A DNA stretch of 44,781 bases, taken from positions 1-44,781 of the forward strand of contig NIVC01002609.1 of assembly GCA_002269645.1 (NCBI GenBank), read 5' to 3'. Position numbers and translations under genes: made by a program. This DNA is from Macrostomum lignano (Eukaryota). Below the pieces are notes generated by a model. The model searched no databases, was not told the origin of the DNA, and worked only from the letters and a program-made list of their open reading frames with translations. Position 1 is the first letter of the stretch. Each line of letters opens with the position of its first letter. Positions 33,794 to 44,781 of this stretch are shown in pieces.

Positions 33794-35367
33794 CTTGTAT
33801 ATAGACTTGTTCATATAGCCTCCGCAATGCATGTACATGTAAATTACCATTTATCGCATTTACAGTATGGATGCGCACGTACAATGCACGTGTAGTTTCA
33901 TACCCATCCAAGACTTCATTGTAAAAATTCCATTTACGCGTATAGTTAACCAACATTTATCCAGTAATTTTGTACCCCTTTAAGACTCCGTCTCCGGCGG
34001 GGGAACTGTTGTAGCGTATTCACTATATTATAACTATTGTAGCGTATTTGTATTTCCTATAATATTCCATAACATGCTTAAATCTTAATATTCTAGAAAG
34101 TTCTCCAACTAAACAACGCTCGTATACGGTATAAGATAGCGTACAGTACAATACTTGTATTCTAGAATCTTCCGCGTAAACACTCACTTTCTACTCGTAT
34201 ATTTGTATTTTGAACTCCCGCGCACACCTTTCTAGAAACTGTTTCTCGAACTTTCCGGATTCCGGAATGTTCTATTAACACGAATATAAATATACAGCAC
34301 CCTAACGCGCAATTATTCAAGCCTCTTCTTATCCACACGGAAAACAATCAAAGCAAAAACCAAAGCAAACGAACCACCGCGTTTTACGCCTCGATTATTT
34401 TCCCAATCTTACACTACAATTGAGGAAACTAAGGCGAATTCGTCTATAGTTGCTGGCATACTCGTAGATATAACTTGTGTTTACTTTTGCAACAGAAAAA
34501 GCAGCTATTTATTTAAAGCATTGTAAAAAATTGAACGACCTATAAAGGCGTGATCCGATCATGAGAGGCTTATAACTGCACAGTTCTTCTTCCCGCCAAC
34601 AATGAAAAAGATCCATGCGCGATGCGGAGTCCGCTGAATAGAGCCTCGCGTGTCGTATTCATGTTGCAAGCTGAGAAGAAACTTGAGTTCATTGTGACGA
34701 GGTACTTTATTGAACTGGGGCAAAATTAATGCCTCGTTGTGCCTGCTCAAGAGTACAGCTAGCTGTATATGTGAATAGCACCATAATAGTTGAAGTTAAA
34801 AGAGCCGGAGATTACGAGTGTACGTTGACAATGTGACGACAGTCAATGAATGTACTGGAAGCACTAACGACTCGCACTGTTCTCGATTTCTATTTCTAAT
34901 CTACCTTCTTTACACCGCTTACATCAGTGCAATCGTGTGTCTCAGTCTCAGTTGGTAGTTTTACTAATATGGCTGGGCACTCCATCACCAATAATTTATA
35001 TATGATTGCCCGTCATCATTCAGTCACCAATATTGATTATAAATAAGCAAATCCGTTTTTAAGTCGTTTACCGTAACTTCAAAGGATTTTACGGTGAAAG
35101 TTATCAATGTAGTATATTCAATTCCTTAAAGAAACATAAATGTCTACATTTTATCCACAATTATACTTCATTAACAGCCATGTTTATTTGAAATAATAGA
35201 TTAAAAAAATGTTAGATAATTGTAAAGTAAATTTGCACGATAACTTTTGATGTTAGTCAGACAATAAAATGACATGCAAGCGAATTATGTGAGTAGCTAA
35301 TTGAAAAATAATTTGTGTAAGTGCGAGAGTATTTCTTTGAAAAAATCTAAATGGTTTATAGCAATTG

Positions 35368-35536
35368 TTAACCGTAGCTCTCATTCTATAGCTTCCTGTG
35401 ATTTAAAATTTTATGAACTGATAGCGGCAAATCTCTTCTACAGACTGCTTTTTGAATTTTTAAAATTGATACCAGAGAACAAAAGTTATACCCAGGAAAG
35501 TAACAGTACCTGTACCATAGAGTTACACAAATTATA
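35368..35536. repeat. Inverted copy of mariner subterminal region 36132-36280
   Basis: ttaaccgtagctc..agttacacaaattata matches the reverse complement of 36132-36280 apart from one ~20-bp indel and a few substitutions. Confidence 0.9.
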
Positions 35537-36309
35537 GGCTGAGCTTCACGAGATCCATGCCGAGTAAGCTTCGATGAATTGTTGATTTCGGCTTGTCCAA
35601 CCTGTCAGCGATCTCTCTAATGGTCATTCGGGAGTCCTCGTCAAGAAGATCCAGAATGGAGTCCGCCAGTACATCAGGTCGATGAACGTATGGCCGCCCC
35701 GTCCGATGCTGATCTGCCAAGTCAGTCCTTCCCTCGCTGAACTGCTCCATCCATCGATAAACTGTCATTTTGCTGACCGCAGAGAATCCGTGCACAGAGC
35801 AAAGTTTTGCGTGAATTGCTGAGGCACTATGGCCAGCGCCCCAAAGAGTGAAGATGGCACTTTGCTGAGCAACAACTGAGTGCACATCCATGTGTGTTGT
35901 CGAGTATGGGCAATGAAATCATGAACAAATCGCAAAATGCAAGCTCCTCTGTTTGCAAGTAAAGTAATGAATTTAATGCTTTATTTTTCTGCGCATGATT
36001 CTGTCCATAGACAAATTTCAGTCAGTCACAGTAAGATTATTTTGCAATTGGGCTTTGGTATTGCTTAAACAAGACATTTATCGATTCCTTCTTAATGAAT
36101 GAGTGCAGAAGTCGACTATTATAAATTTCGATATAGTTTGTGTAACTCTTATGGTACAGGTACTGTTACTTTCGTGGGTATAACTTTTGTTCTCTGGTAT
36201 CAATCTGTAGAAGAGATTTTCCGCTATCAGTTCATAAAATTTTAAATCACAGGAAGCTATAGAACGAGAGCTACGGTTAAAAGTGTCACTACTTTTTGGA
36301 CACCCCTCG
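35532..36309 (-). mobile_element. Truncated mariner: 5' TIR plus N-terminal HTH part of the transposase (35891-35532)
   Basis: TIR-like CGAGGGGTGTCCAAAAAGTAG at 36309. The ORF has TVYRWMEQFSEGRTDLAD..RTGRP..RMTIREIA..STIHR and no DDD domain. Confidence 0.85.
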
Positions 36310-36445
36310 AAATTAGTTAGACACAGTTTACACACTTATATGTGCCCTGGTGCGGAGCCTTCATATCTGTCTGTCGCATAACCTACGACACGACCAAATT
36401 GAGCGATTTACATGCACAAAGCCTCAAAACCTAGGACATAAAAGC

Positions 36446-36855
<410 letters not shown>

Positions 36856-37590
36856 GCCAGCAGCTGTACTTCATCGTGACCACACTTGCAAGCCCCATTC
36901 GAGAAGGAAATTCAGTGTAATTTAGGTAATTAGGATACTTTCGGTTCATAGAGAGACACATGTATGTACACTTTCATTTCATAGAAAGAGTGAGCAACAC
37001 AATGTCTACTTTCAGTAGCTAGATAGGGAAAGCACACTTGAAATTTTCGCTATAGCGCAATACACCGTTTGCACATACTTCTACGGTTGTAGAAGTACAT
37101 TTATTTAGCTTCATAAACTGAACGCAAAAAGATCACAAAATAAACAAAGTCACTCTACTCTGCATGTTGTTTACTGTCTGTTTTGCGCAATTCAGATGCA
37201 CTAAAGTTCCATCAATGCTACACGAATGTACTATACAATAGCTATCCATACTTACACCGACTGTTAAATCCTGATCATTAAGCTTTCATTCAAGCGTCAA
37301 TAATGGAAAGTTGCATCCGGAGTGCTCCATTGAATTTAGTCTCACTAACATTCTGCGACTCTATAAAACTAGTGCAGGAAAGTTGAGGAGCCTCAGAATC
37401 GCAGGCAGGCACTCTTGAATGCAAGTAGCACACGCAGTAGTTAATGGCATTCAAGCCTATATAAGCATGCATGCATTTAGTCAGGAACTATGTTGATAGC
37501 TCCCAGCCACGCAGAATTAAAGGATTATGTGCCGTTAGAATAGAAATTTCTACCAATTCTAACTTCAAGCTCTCGACAGCATATTGCCGC

Positions 37591-39081
37591 ATGACATCTA
37601 AAGATTCTTCTAGTTCACTTAGTCTGCATCCGAGCCATCGCGATGGACGCCGGATGACTCTGCTTGATCCTGACCAGATTCAGGTCGACTTCCCCGCAGC
37701 GCCGCGCTCCGTCAAGTATCAACTGGATGATCCACTTGCCGACATTTGCATTGAGTTCGAAAGCGACGCCGACAAAGATGCTATATTAGAGATTGGCACC
37801 CACGAGAGCGTTCTGCAGAGCTACCCGCGGTTGTTAGAAGCCGTGAAAAATGGTACGCGTCTACCTTTTGCCGACTGGTCGAAGGTGACGAAAGTCAGCA
37901 CGTTGGCTGAAGCTTCCATGATGAAAAAAACTTTTACAGCTTTGGAAGAATCGGACGGATCAACGACAGACGATGATGATGATGAGATCAAATCAACAGT
38001 GGCCATGCGGCTCACAAGACAGAGGTCAGAGGACAGCAGCACATCCGATTCAGACGATTCAGAAGACCAGCTTGAACTGGAAGACACTGCATCGGGAGGC
38101 ACTGAACTGGCAGCGGAAGTTTCAACCACCGAAGCAGTCGACGAACCCATTTATATGAAAGACAACGCCGATGATGAACGACCTTCGGATGCTTTATGGA
38201 CTCGATTCCAGCGTTATCGTCTATCCGATGAACGCTATCCACCGTCTGTCATGCGCATCGGCTTGAATTTCGCCTACACCGGCTCTGTAGAGCTGACCCC
38301 GGAGGATCTAGCGAACGTGGAAGCGGCAGGAACAGCATTCGCTATGCCGAACCTGATTGAGTCGGCACGCCTTCTGCGAATTCACCGTTGCCTGTTCCGC
38401 GCTGGGCCATCGGATGGTCTGAATGAGGCAGAGATTTCCGCGTACTTGGCTTCCAATCTGAGCATTTTCCTGGCGAACCTTGACAGGCTGCAGTTGCAGG
38501 GAGTGGAAAATTTTTTTACTCGTTTGGATCGGCTGCTGGCCAGCGACCGGCCGTTGGACTCCGACGAAGAGCTGCTCTGCCGATTGCTACTTGACTCGCC
38601 TGCATGTCGAAGGCTGCTGCCCAATCAGCGACTGTGTCGACGGGTTCGCCGTCACCTGATTCGTGATCCAAACTTGATCGAGCGGCTGGATGAAGCCCTA
38701 GCGTCACTATCTCCAGAAGAGGCAGCAGAGACTGTCGAAGAGACGCCAGACGATGGAGCGTCAAGATCGCGGCGCTCATTGGTTGAACGTGGGGCTCGAC
38801 CGTCAGTTTGCGTTCTCTGCTGCGGCGCTGACTCTGCTGGAGATGAGGACGTCACCGAAGATGTCGTGCTCACCGTCACGGCAACTCTCTCGCCAGTGGG
38901 CGACGAAGCTGACGAGCTTGAGAAACGACTTCGTATGACGAACATGCCGCGACCGCCCGGTTGGAGACTTGATTCGGCGGCCGCTGCGCAGTTTGGAGCT
39001 GACACCCTGCTCATGGCATTCGGCTCATCCGGTGAGAATAGCACTCACTTACTGAGCCCCAGGACTCTGCTAATCAATCAA
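37591..39081 (+). CDS. Kelch-like (BTB-BACK-Kelch) gene, first large exon; boundaries tentative
   Basis: BTB halves ADICIEF..EIGTHESVLQSY and SVMRIGLNFAYTGSVELTPEDLANVEAAG, then BACK-like LLASDRPLDSDEELL..VRRHLI. Confidence 0.7.
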
Positions 39082-39566
39082 GTGTGTGACTTATCCATGC
39101 TAACCCTTAATACGAGTACGAGCTACATCACCTTCATATACCTGCAGGATTAGTAAATAAGCGCTGACCCACGATACTGATACTGATCGATGCATTCATT
39201 GGGGAGGTTGCGAAACGCCTTCGGCGACATCACCTCTCAGCCAGCGATAAGGCAATTTTGGCCATTCCACCGACTTCCGTGGAAGCGCGCCAATAGTGTA
39301 CGCAGGTACATTTCGTCCTCTTAAAAGTTTCTTGAAAAATTGCAGTGCAATACAGGCGGCTTAGGCGCAATGGTAACTTACAAAAGTGCAGTGGGTGATG
39401 CTTAGACACCCCGAAATGCAATTTTATCACTCGACTGTGCGAAGATTGATTTCAGATATCTACTATATGCAATGCTTATGCGGGGAAATTTGGATAAAAG
39501 GCACAAGTACTTCAGGTACGCCACTCTAGGCACGTTTAGAACTACATACAACCTCTTTTATTCCAG

Positions 39567-40426
39567 AAAATTTCATCAGCGTAAAGCGGGCCTGTCTTTG
39601 CCGACCGGGGGTCACCACCATGGAGTCGTCTCTGCCAGCTCTCGAGCCGCTGCCGCCAGCCGCAACGGCGCGGACTCGCTGCTCGCTGACAGCGGCTGGC
39701 TGCGGCGCCGCGGTAGCAACGGGTGGCGTGCAGCGCACCGAGGCCAGTGCAGACGTCTCAGGTTCAGCATCCGTCGCCTCGACCACCGAAACCGTGCTGG
39801 ACACGATCGAGTTGTTTGCCGACTCTCGCTGGACTCGACTGTGCCGTCTGCCGCGCCCGATGCATTCGCACGCCTCAGTGGCCGACGCCCGACACCTGTT
39901 TATCTGCGGCGGCATCTCTGGCCGCTCGGAGGACCCGCTGCCTCTGCCGTGGCTGTATCGGCTGCCGCTAGACAAACCGCGCCGTCGGCATTGGCAACTA
40001 CTGCCAGAGCTTCGGGCGCCTCGTTGGAACCATTGCCTTCTGCTGCGACGCGGTCGACTGTGGGCCTTCGGCGGCGACTGTGTTGGACTGGACGGTCTTG
40101 AGCCGGTGCCCTGCCAGTCTGTTGAAAGCCTGGACGACGCGCACGCGGTGCCGAGCTCGGGCTGGCAGATACGAGCGGAACGTCTGCCGACAGGGTGCCG
40201 TCGCCTGCTGGACGTGGCTCGGAGAGGAGGAGAGGCCTACGCTATAGCCGAAGTGGAATCGAATGCAATCAGCGTGACAGCAGGGGACAGCCAATCATCC
40301 GGCTGCAGCGACAAGCTGCTGCTGCGATTCTGCCTTCGCAAAGGACGCTGGGACGAGAGCGTCAGGGTGCCGCTGCCATCGGGGTCTTGGCTCCTGGCCT
40401 GCTTGGAGATACCCCGACTGCCCTAA
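39567..40426 (+). CDS. Kelch-repeat exon of the same gene; intervening splicing unresolved
   Basis: RWTRLCRLPRPMHSHASV..LFICGG and HWQLLPELRAPRWNH..LWAFGG..SVE. Confidence 0.75.
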
Positions 40427-42060
40427 TTGAAATGAGCAGCAGCTTTCAGTGTCCCCGAGGAGCTTTTACGCCTGGAATTCAGTCGTTATAACAACATTCT
40501 AAATCTAAAAGTTGCACAGGAGTTTCTTGTATTCGCAGTTAGATGGTTAGTTTCTAGCGAACTGATGTCAACTGTACCATGCTATAGAGTTTGGTCCGGA
40601 GATTTTATCTAAGACATCGGTTATACAGTAAATCAATCCCTGAACACGAGCTAGTCGAAAAACCCAGTACTTGTACATTTAGATATAGGTCTCTATTTCG
40701 TAAGAATCAAGTCGCCAGCCCTACGGACCGTCGAGATATTCAACAATTTTACCAGAAGGTCGGATTTTCCTCGTGCATAATATACACCTGAGCACCAATC
40801 AACACTACCCATCAGTGCAGCCTTGACAAGCTCTGACTCCGTTGATCACCTGCCTTCACCCAGACGAAGCTTCTGGACATTAAACAGTTAAAAGCACCCG
40901 GTAACTATGGACACCCTGTCGCAATTTCTCTAGTTTTGTTACCCAAGCCCCAACAGCTGGACATGCGCAGCTAGTCTCTCAACCATTCCATCATCACCCC
41001 ACAGCGTCGGTACCTTTAACAACTGGCACCAGGTAACTACGGACAACCTGTTGTGGATTTCTGTCTCTGATCAAGTCTCAGCTGTTAGGTATCCTGAACT
41101 AGTCCAGACTGAACATCCAGACGCCGTGAACTTCTTCAACAGGCGACACGGTCAAATAGTGGATGAGGACCATAGACAATAGCTCGTACTAAGTTTAATC
41201 CTTCTCCTACGCCTACAAAAGACCTCGAAGAATGCACAGACCTCCGAAAGCTTTGCGAGCGTATGATCTAGACGCAAGTGCCCCTGTTTAACGCGATGAC
41301 TACGTTATGAGTTAAATTTATAGCCCCAAAAATTAATTGAAAAGAGAATAAACTCATGTCTTAAACTTTTTTGATTTACTAAAAATGACAATCAATTGAC
41401 ATCAAAGTATATCAAACATAAATATAAATAAATATAATAGTTCATATATTTATTCTATGTGAAATACATGCACTTTAAGTGCACTTTGCTATATTATATC
41501 ATATGATTACTTATCGAACAGTGAAGGTCATGAAATATGAAATATTATATAAAGAAAAACAGACAAATTATAAATTGGTCTAGAGCAGAGTTAAGGTGTG
41601 TGCAGCGCCAATATTCGAATAAGGGTTAAATCCGGTTTTACAATTATCGTCATTACATTTACGATTACAAATAACAATTGAGGTGAGCACAACCTCCGCA
41701 ACTGAGGCATCAATCAGTCAAATCAATCTGCAAATCAATCGATACAGTTAATAACTGATTAACATAACTGGTCAACAGGGGGGAAACAGAGAGGCAGGTA
41801 GCTCTGCTAGAAAAAGGCCCGAATGAAGAATGCTGTACACACACAACAATAACAATATAAGATGCGCCGTGTCCCTGAAGACAGTGCATTTATTCTTTTG
41901 TTTAAACATGCAATAACATCAAGTACATCAAGTACCCGTTATGAACTTCTTTAACAAATAAAATAACGTATCTCAACATGCATACAATAAGAAGAATCGA
42001 GAGTTGCTGTAAGCCTTCAAAACTCTTCTGAATCACAAACACGGGGTTACAGTAGTTCCG

Positions 42061-42172
42061 TCAGATTTCTTTTGAGCCTTTAAAACTTTCGAGAAATTTC
42101 AACCCTTCCCCGCTGCGAAAGTTCTCAGCCGGGTCCTCCTCCATGTTCTCAAAGTCGTCCGCGTAGGCAGCA
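42061..42172 (-). CDS. PPP2R3: PP2A B'' terminal exon
   Basis: aacgcag|T completes GAT; AAYADDFENMEEDP..TGA; AATAAA on the minus strand at 41894-41889. Confidence 0.65.
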
Positions 42173-42321
42173 CTGCGTTGCGAAAGTTGAAAATTATTGA
42201 TTGGATTGATTTAGTTCTCAAGCGTGTACTAAAAGTAGTGCTATGCAAAAACATTTTATTTTTTATCATTATTTTATTTAAGAAAATGCAAAGATTTTTG
42301 ACTATTGGATGTAGGACCATT

Positions 42322-43335
42322 GGAGGCTGGCCCAGCAACTGAGGATCTGGGAGGCTGGCCCAGCAACTGAGGATCTGGGAGGCTGGCCCAGCAACTGAGC
42401 ATCTGGGAGGCTGGCCCAGCAACTGAGGATCTGGGAGGCTGGCCCAGCAACTGAGCATCTGGGAGGCTGGCCCAGCAACTGAGCATCTGGGAGGCTGGCC
42501 AGCAACTGAGGATCTGGGAGGCTGGCCCAGCAACTGAGGATCTGGGAGGCTGGCCAGCAACTGAGCATCTGGGAGGCTGGCCCAGCAACTGAGGATCTGG
42601 GAGGCTGGCCCAGCAACTGAGCATCTGGGAGGCTGGCCAGCAACTGAGGATCTGGAGGCTGGCCCAGCAACTGAGGATCTGGGAGGCTGGCCCAGCAACT
42701 GAGCATCTGGGAGGCTGGCCCAGAAACTGAGGATCTGGGAAGCTGGCCCAGCAACTAAGGATCTGGGAGGCTGGCCCAGCATCTGAGGATCTGGGAGGCT
42801 GGCTCAGTAACTGAGGATCAGGGAGGCTGGCCCAACAACGTATGATCTGGGAGGCTGGCCCAGCATCTGAGGATCTGGAGGCTGGCTCAGTAACTGAGGA
42901 TCAGGGAGGCTGGCCCAACAACGTATGATCTGGGAGGCTGGCCCAGCATCTGAGGATCTGGGAGGCTGGCTCAGTAACTGAGGATCAGGGAGGCTGGCCC
43001 AACAACGTATGATCTGGGAGGCTGGCCCAGCATCTGAGGATCTGGGAGGCTGGCCCAGCATCTGAGGATCTGGGAGGCTGGCTCAGTAACTGAGGATCAG
43101 GGAGGCTGGCCCAGTATCTGAGGATCTGGGAGGCTGGCTCAGTAACTGAGGATCTGGGAGGCTGGCCCAGCAACTGAGGATCTGGGAGGCTGGCCCAGCA
43201 TCTGAGGATCTGGGAGGCTGGCCCAGCAACTGAGGATCTGGGAGGCTGGCCCAGCAACTGAGGATCAGGGAGGGCTGGCCCAGCAACTGAGGATCAGGGA
43301 GGGCTGGCCCAGCAACTGGCACTCTGGGAGGCTGG
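42322..43335. repeat. 29-bp minisatellite (gaggctggcccagcaactgaggatctggg) in the last PP2A B'' intron
   Basis: Direct inspection; about 35 units. Confidence 0.97.
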
Positions 43336-43387
43336 ACTATAAACTCCTGGGCTAAGAGCACACCAGACATCAGCTAACATCACTCAC

Positions 43388-43784
43388 TCATCGTGCATAG
43401 CTCCGTTGCTCTCCTCAGCCACCAGTATCTCGTACATCTCAGCCGCGTACTTCTCCAGTCGGACATGCCGGCGCACTCTTGAATATCGCGCAGATTGGCA
43501 AAGGGGTCGCGCTGCTCATAGTCCAGGAACTTGTGCAGGTTGAACATGGTGTCAAAGAACACGCCGGCCAATTTGCAGCGCTTTAAATCGCCCAACGCGA
43601 TTCGATTCGGCTGGGCGGCTTCACCATGTCTAGCATGGTGCACACGCAGTCCTGCAGGCCCTGGTACTCCTCGATGCGGGCCTCCTCCATTCGGCGCATC
43701 TGCTCAGTGTAGAAGTACTCCATTTCGTACAGGGATATGACCCCGTCTCCGTCTAGGTCCATGCAGCGGAACCAGTATTCTATG
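43388..43784 (-). CDS. PPP2R3: PP2A B'' EF-hand exon with two single-base deletions
   Basis: SIEYWFRCMDLDGDGVISLYEMEYFY..DLKRCKLAGVFFDTMFN..SDW(E)KYAAEMYEILVAEE; splice phases match both neighbours. Confidence 0.92.
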
Positions 43785-44321
43785 CTGTTTAGTTGGAGGT
43801 TTTTAAGACGGTTGTTGCGTATTTAGATAGTCTACTACTGGAAGTAATATCAATTGAAAAATGATAAGGCAGTTATTTATTTAGAGGGCAGGGGTTGTGT
43901 GCACACTGGCGCACTTTAAGCGACATTGTCACACAACCGGCGAGATGCAATACTGCCCATTCCGCCGACTCCCCTAAGCAGGCAGACAAGCGCGCGGATA
44001 CGTACGCAGTCATACGCACAGGCACACACTCACACAGGAGTGTACAGCGGTCCTAACTAGCCGAGATTCCAATTTAGCCCCAGATTAATGCAATGCGACT
44101 GCACTTGGAATCGAGCCTGGGCCGCTGGCACATGAGAGCAGCCGTCTTATGATAAGCCGTCTGCTTATATAATCAAATAAACTTACAAGAACTATTGAAG
44201 AGTCGATAGAAAGATTGTTAAAGACTATTTAACATCCACTACAAAGACTACAAAGCAATAAAAAAGACTTAACACCTTATAGAACTATTCAATAGGCTTA
44301 AAAAAGGGCATTACAACTCAC

Positions 44322-44460
44322 CTCCTAGGATGCCGTTTGTCCTCTTCGGCCAGGAGAAACCAGACAAAGTCTGGATAGGACATCCGACTCTCTGTCAGCA
44401 GAGATTTGTTGCGCGACACGGCGCCGGAGAAAATCCGATCGATAATCCGGTCTGAGAGGG
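44322..44460 (-). CDS. PPP2R3: PP2A regulatory subunit B'' (PR72/PR70 type), internal exon
   Basis: LSDRIIDRIFSGAV..MSYPDFVWFLLAEEDKRHPR; ctccag|CC and AG|gtgagt. Confidence 0.92.
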
Positions 44461-44781
44461 CTGGAGCGCAAAAAATGAATGCCATTTAGGCCAAAGATAG
44501 ATTCTGTCAATCTCTCTTTTATAGCTACTTCTGCCTATTTTCAAGGGCTATAGCTTCGGTACTCAGTGGTCGAGTGGCCGACAGATGAAATTTACAGACT
44601 TTCTCTTCCGGAATGCAGCTGTAGCCTAGAGATGAGGATGCGTAAGAGTGCCAACCTGACGATGTCCTTGTCTTTGAACCCGGTCGCTTTCACAAGCTTG
44701 GAATTTTTTTACATCTATCAAATTGGGAAGTTTTCGAGTTGTGAAGCTTCAATCTGGGATTGTAAAAGCTTATGAGTCTAC

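Larger units (their letters stand above)
29239..34413 (+). mobile_element. Gypsy LTR element 3, full length but degenerate
   Basis: LTRs 29239-29611 and 34010-34413 (TGTAGCG..TTACA), TGG-starting PBS at 29614, PPT ggcgggggaac, gag-pol. Flanks CTAT/CTAC form an imperfect 4-bp TSD. Confidence 0.95.

Noticed and set aside
39082-39566. Small exons (39241-39305, 39456-39515) linking the BTB and Kelch exons
   Set aside because: I could not find a phase-consistent, stop-free combination, so they are left unannotated.
42322-43335. Relationship between the 29-bp array and the PLE 33-bp array
   Set aside because: Only an 8-mer (AGTTGCTG) is shared; insufficient for homology.
43927-44189. Possible solo LTR (TGTCAC..AATAAACTTACA)
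   Set aside because: No target-site duplication and no second copy in the window.

Overview
Eukaryotic, repeat-rich animal genomic DNA. The GC-rich exons, short introns and element types look like a flatworm such as Macrostomum lignano; this is an impression, not a database result. Host genes: an uncharacterised four-exon gene (7357-10660, +), a synaptotagmin-1 with an intronless CDS (14830-16125, -), a BTB-BACK-Kelch gene (37591-40426, +) and the last three coding exons of a PP2A B'' (PPP2R3-type) subunit (44460-42061, -). Mobile elements: a Penelope-like retroelement (PLE, Neptune-like) in a tandem arrangement at 1-5411, three Gypsy LTR elements (one nested in the 3' LTR of another with a CTTAG TSD), a non-LTR RT fragment, a folded-back mariner remnant and many mini/microsatellites. 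The most unusual object is the PLE. Besides RT, GIY-YIG and a minimal hammerhead ribozyme, it carries an extra upstream ORF with a degenerate SGNH/GDSL-like alpha/beta pattern. That ORF ends in a canonical U UUA AAC slippery heptamer directly before its stop, and the -1 frame leads into the ATG-less RT ORF, a gag-pol-like layout. Caveat: single-base homopolymer indels also break a conserved host exon here, so some frameshifts, possibly including this junction, may be assembly errors.
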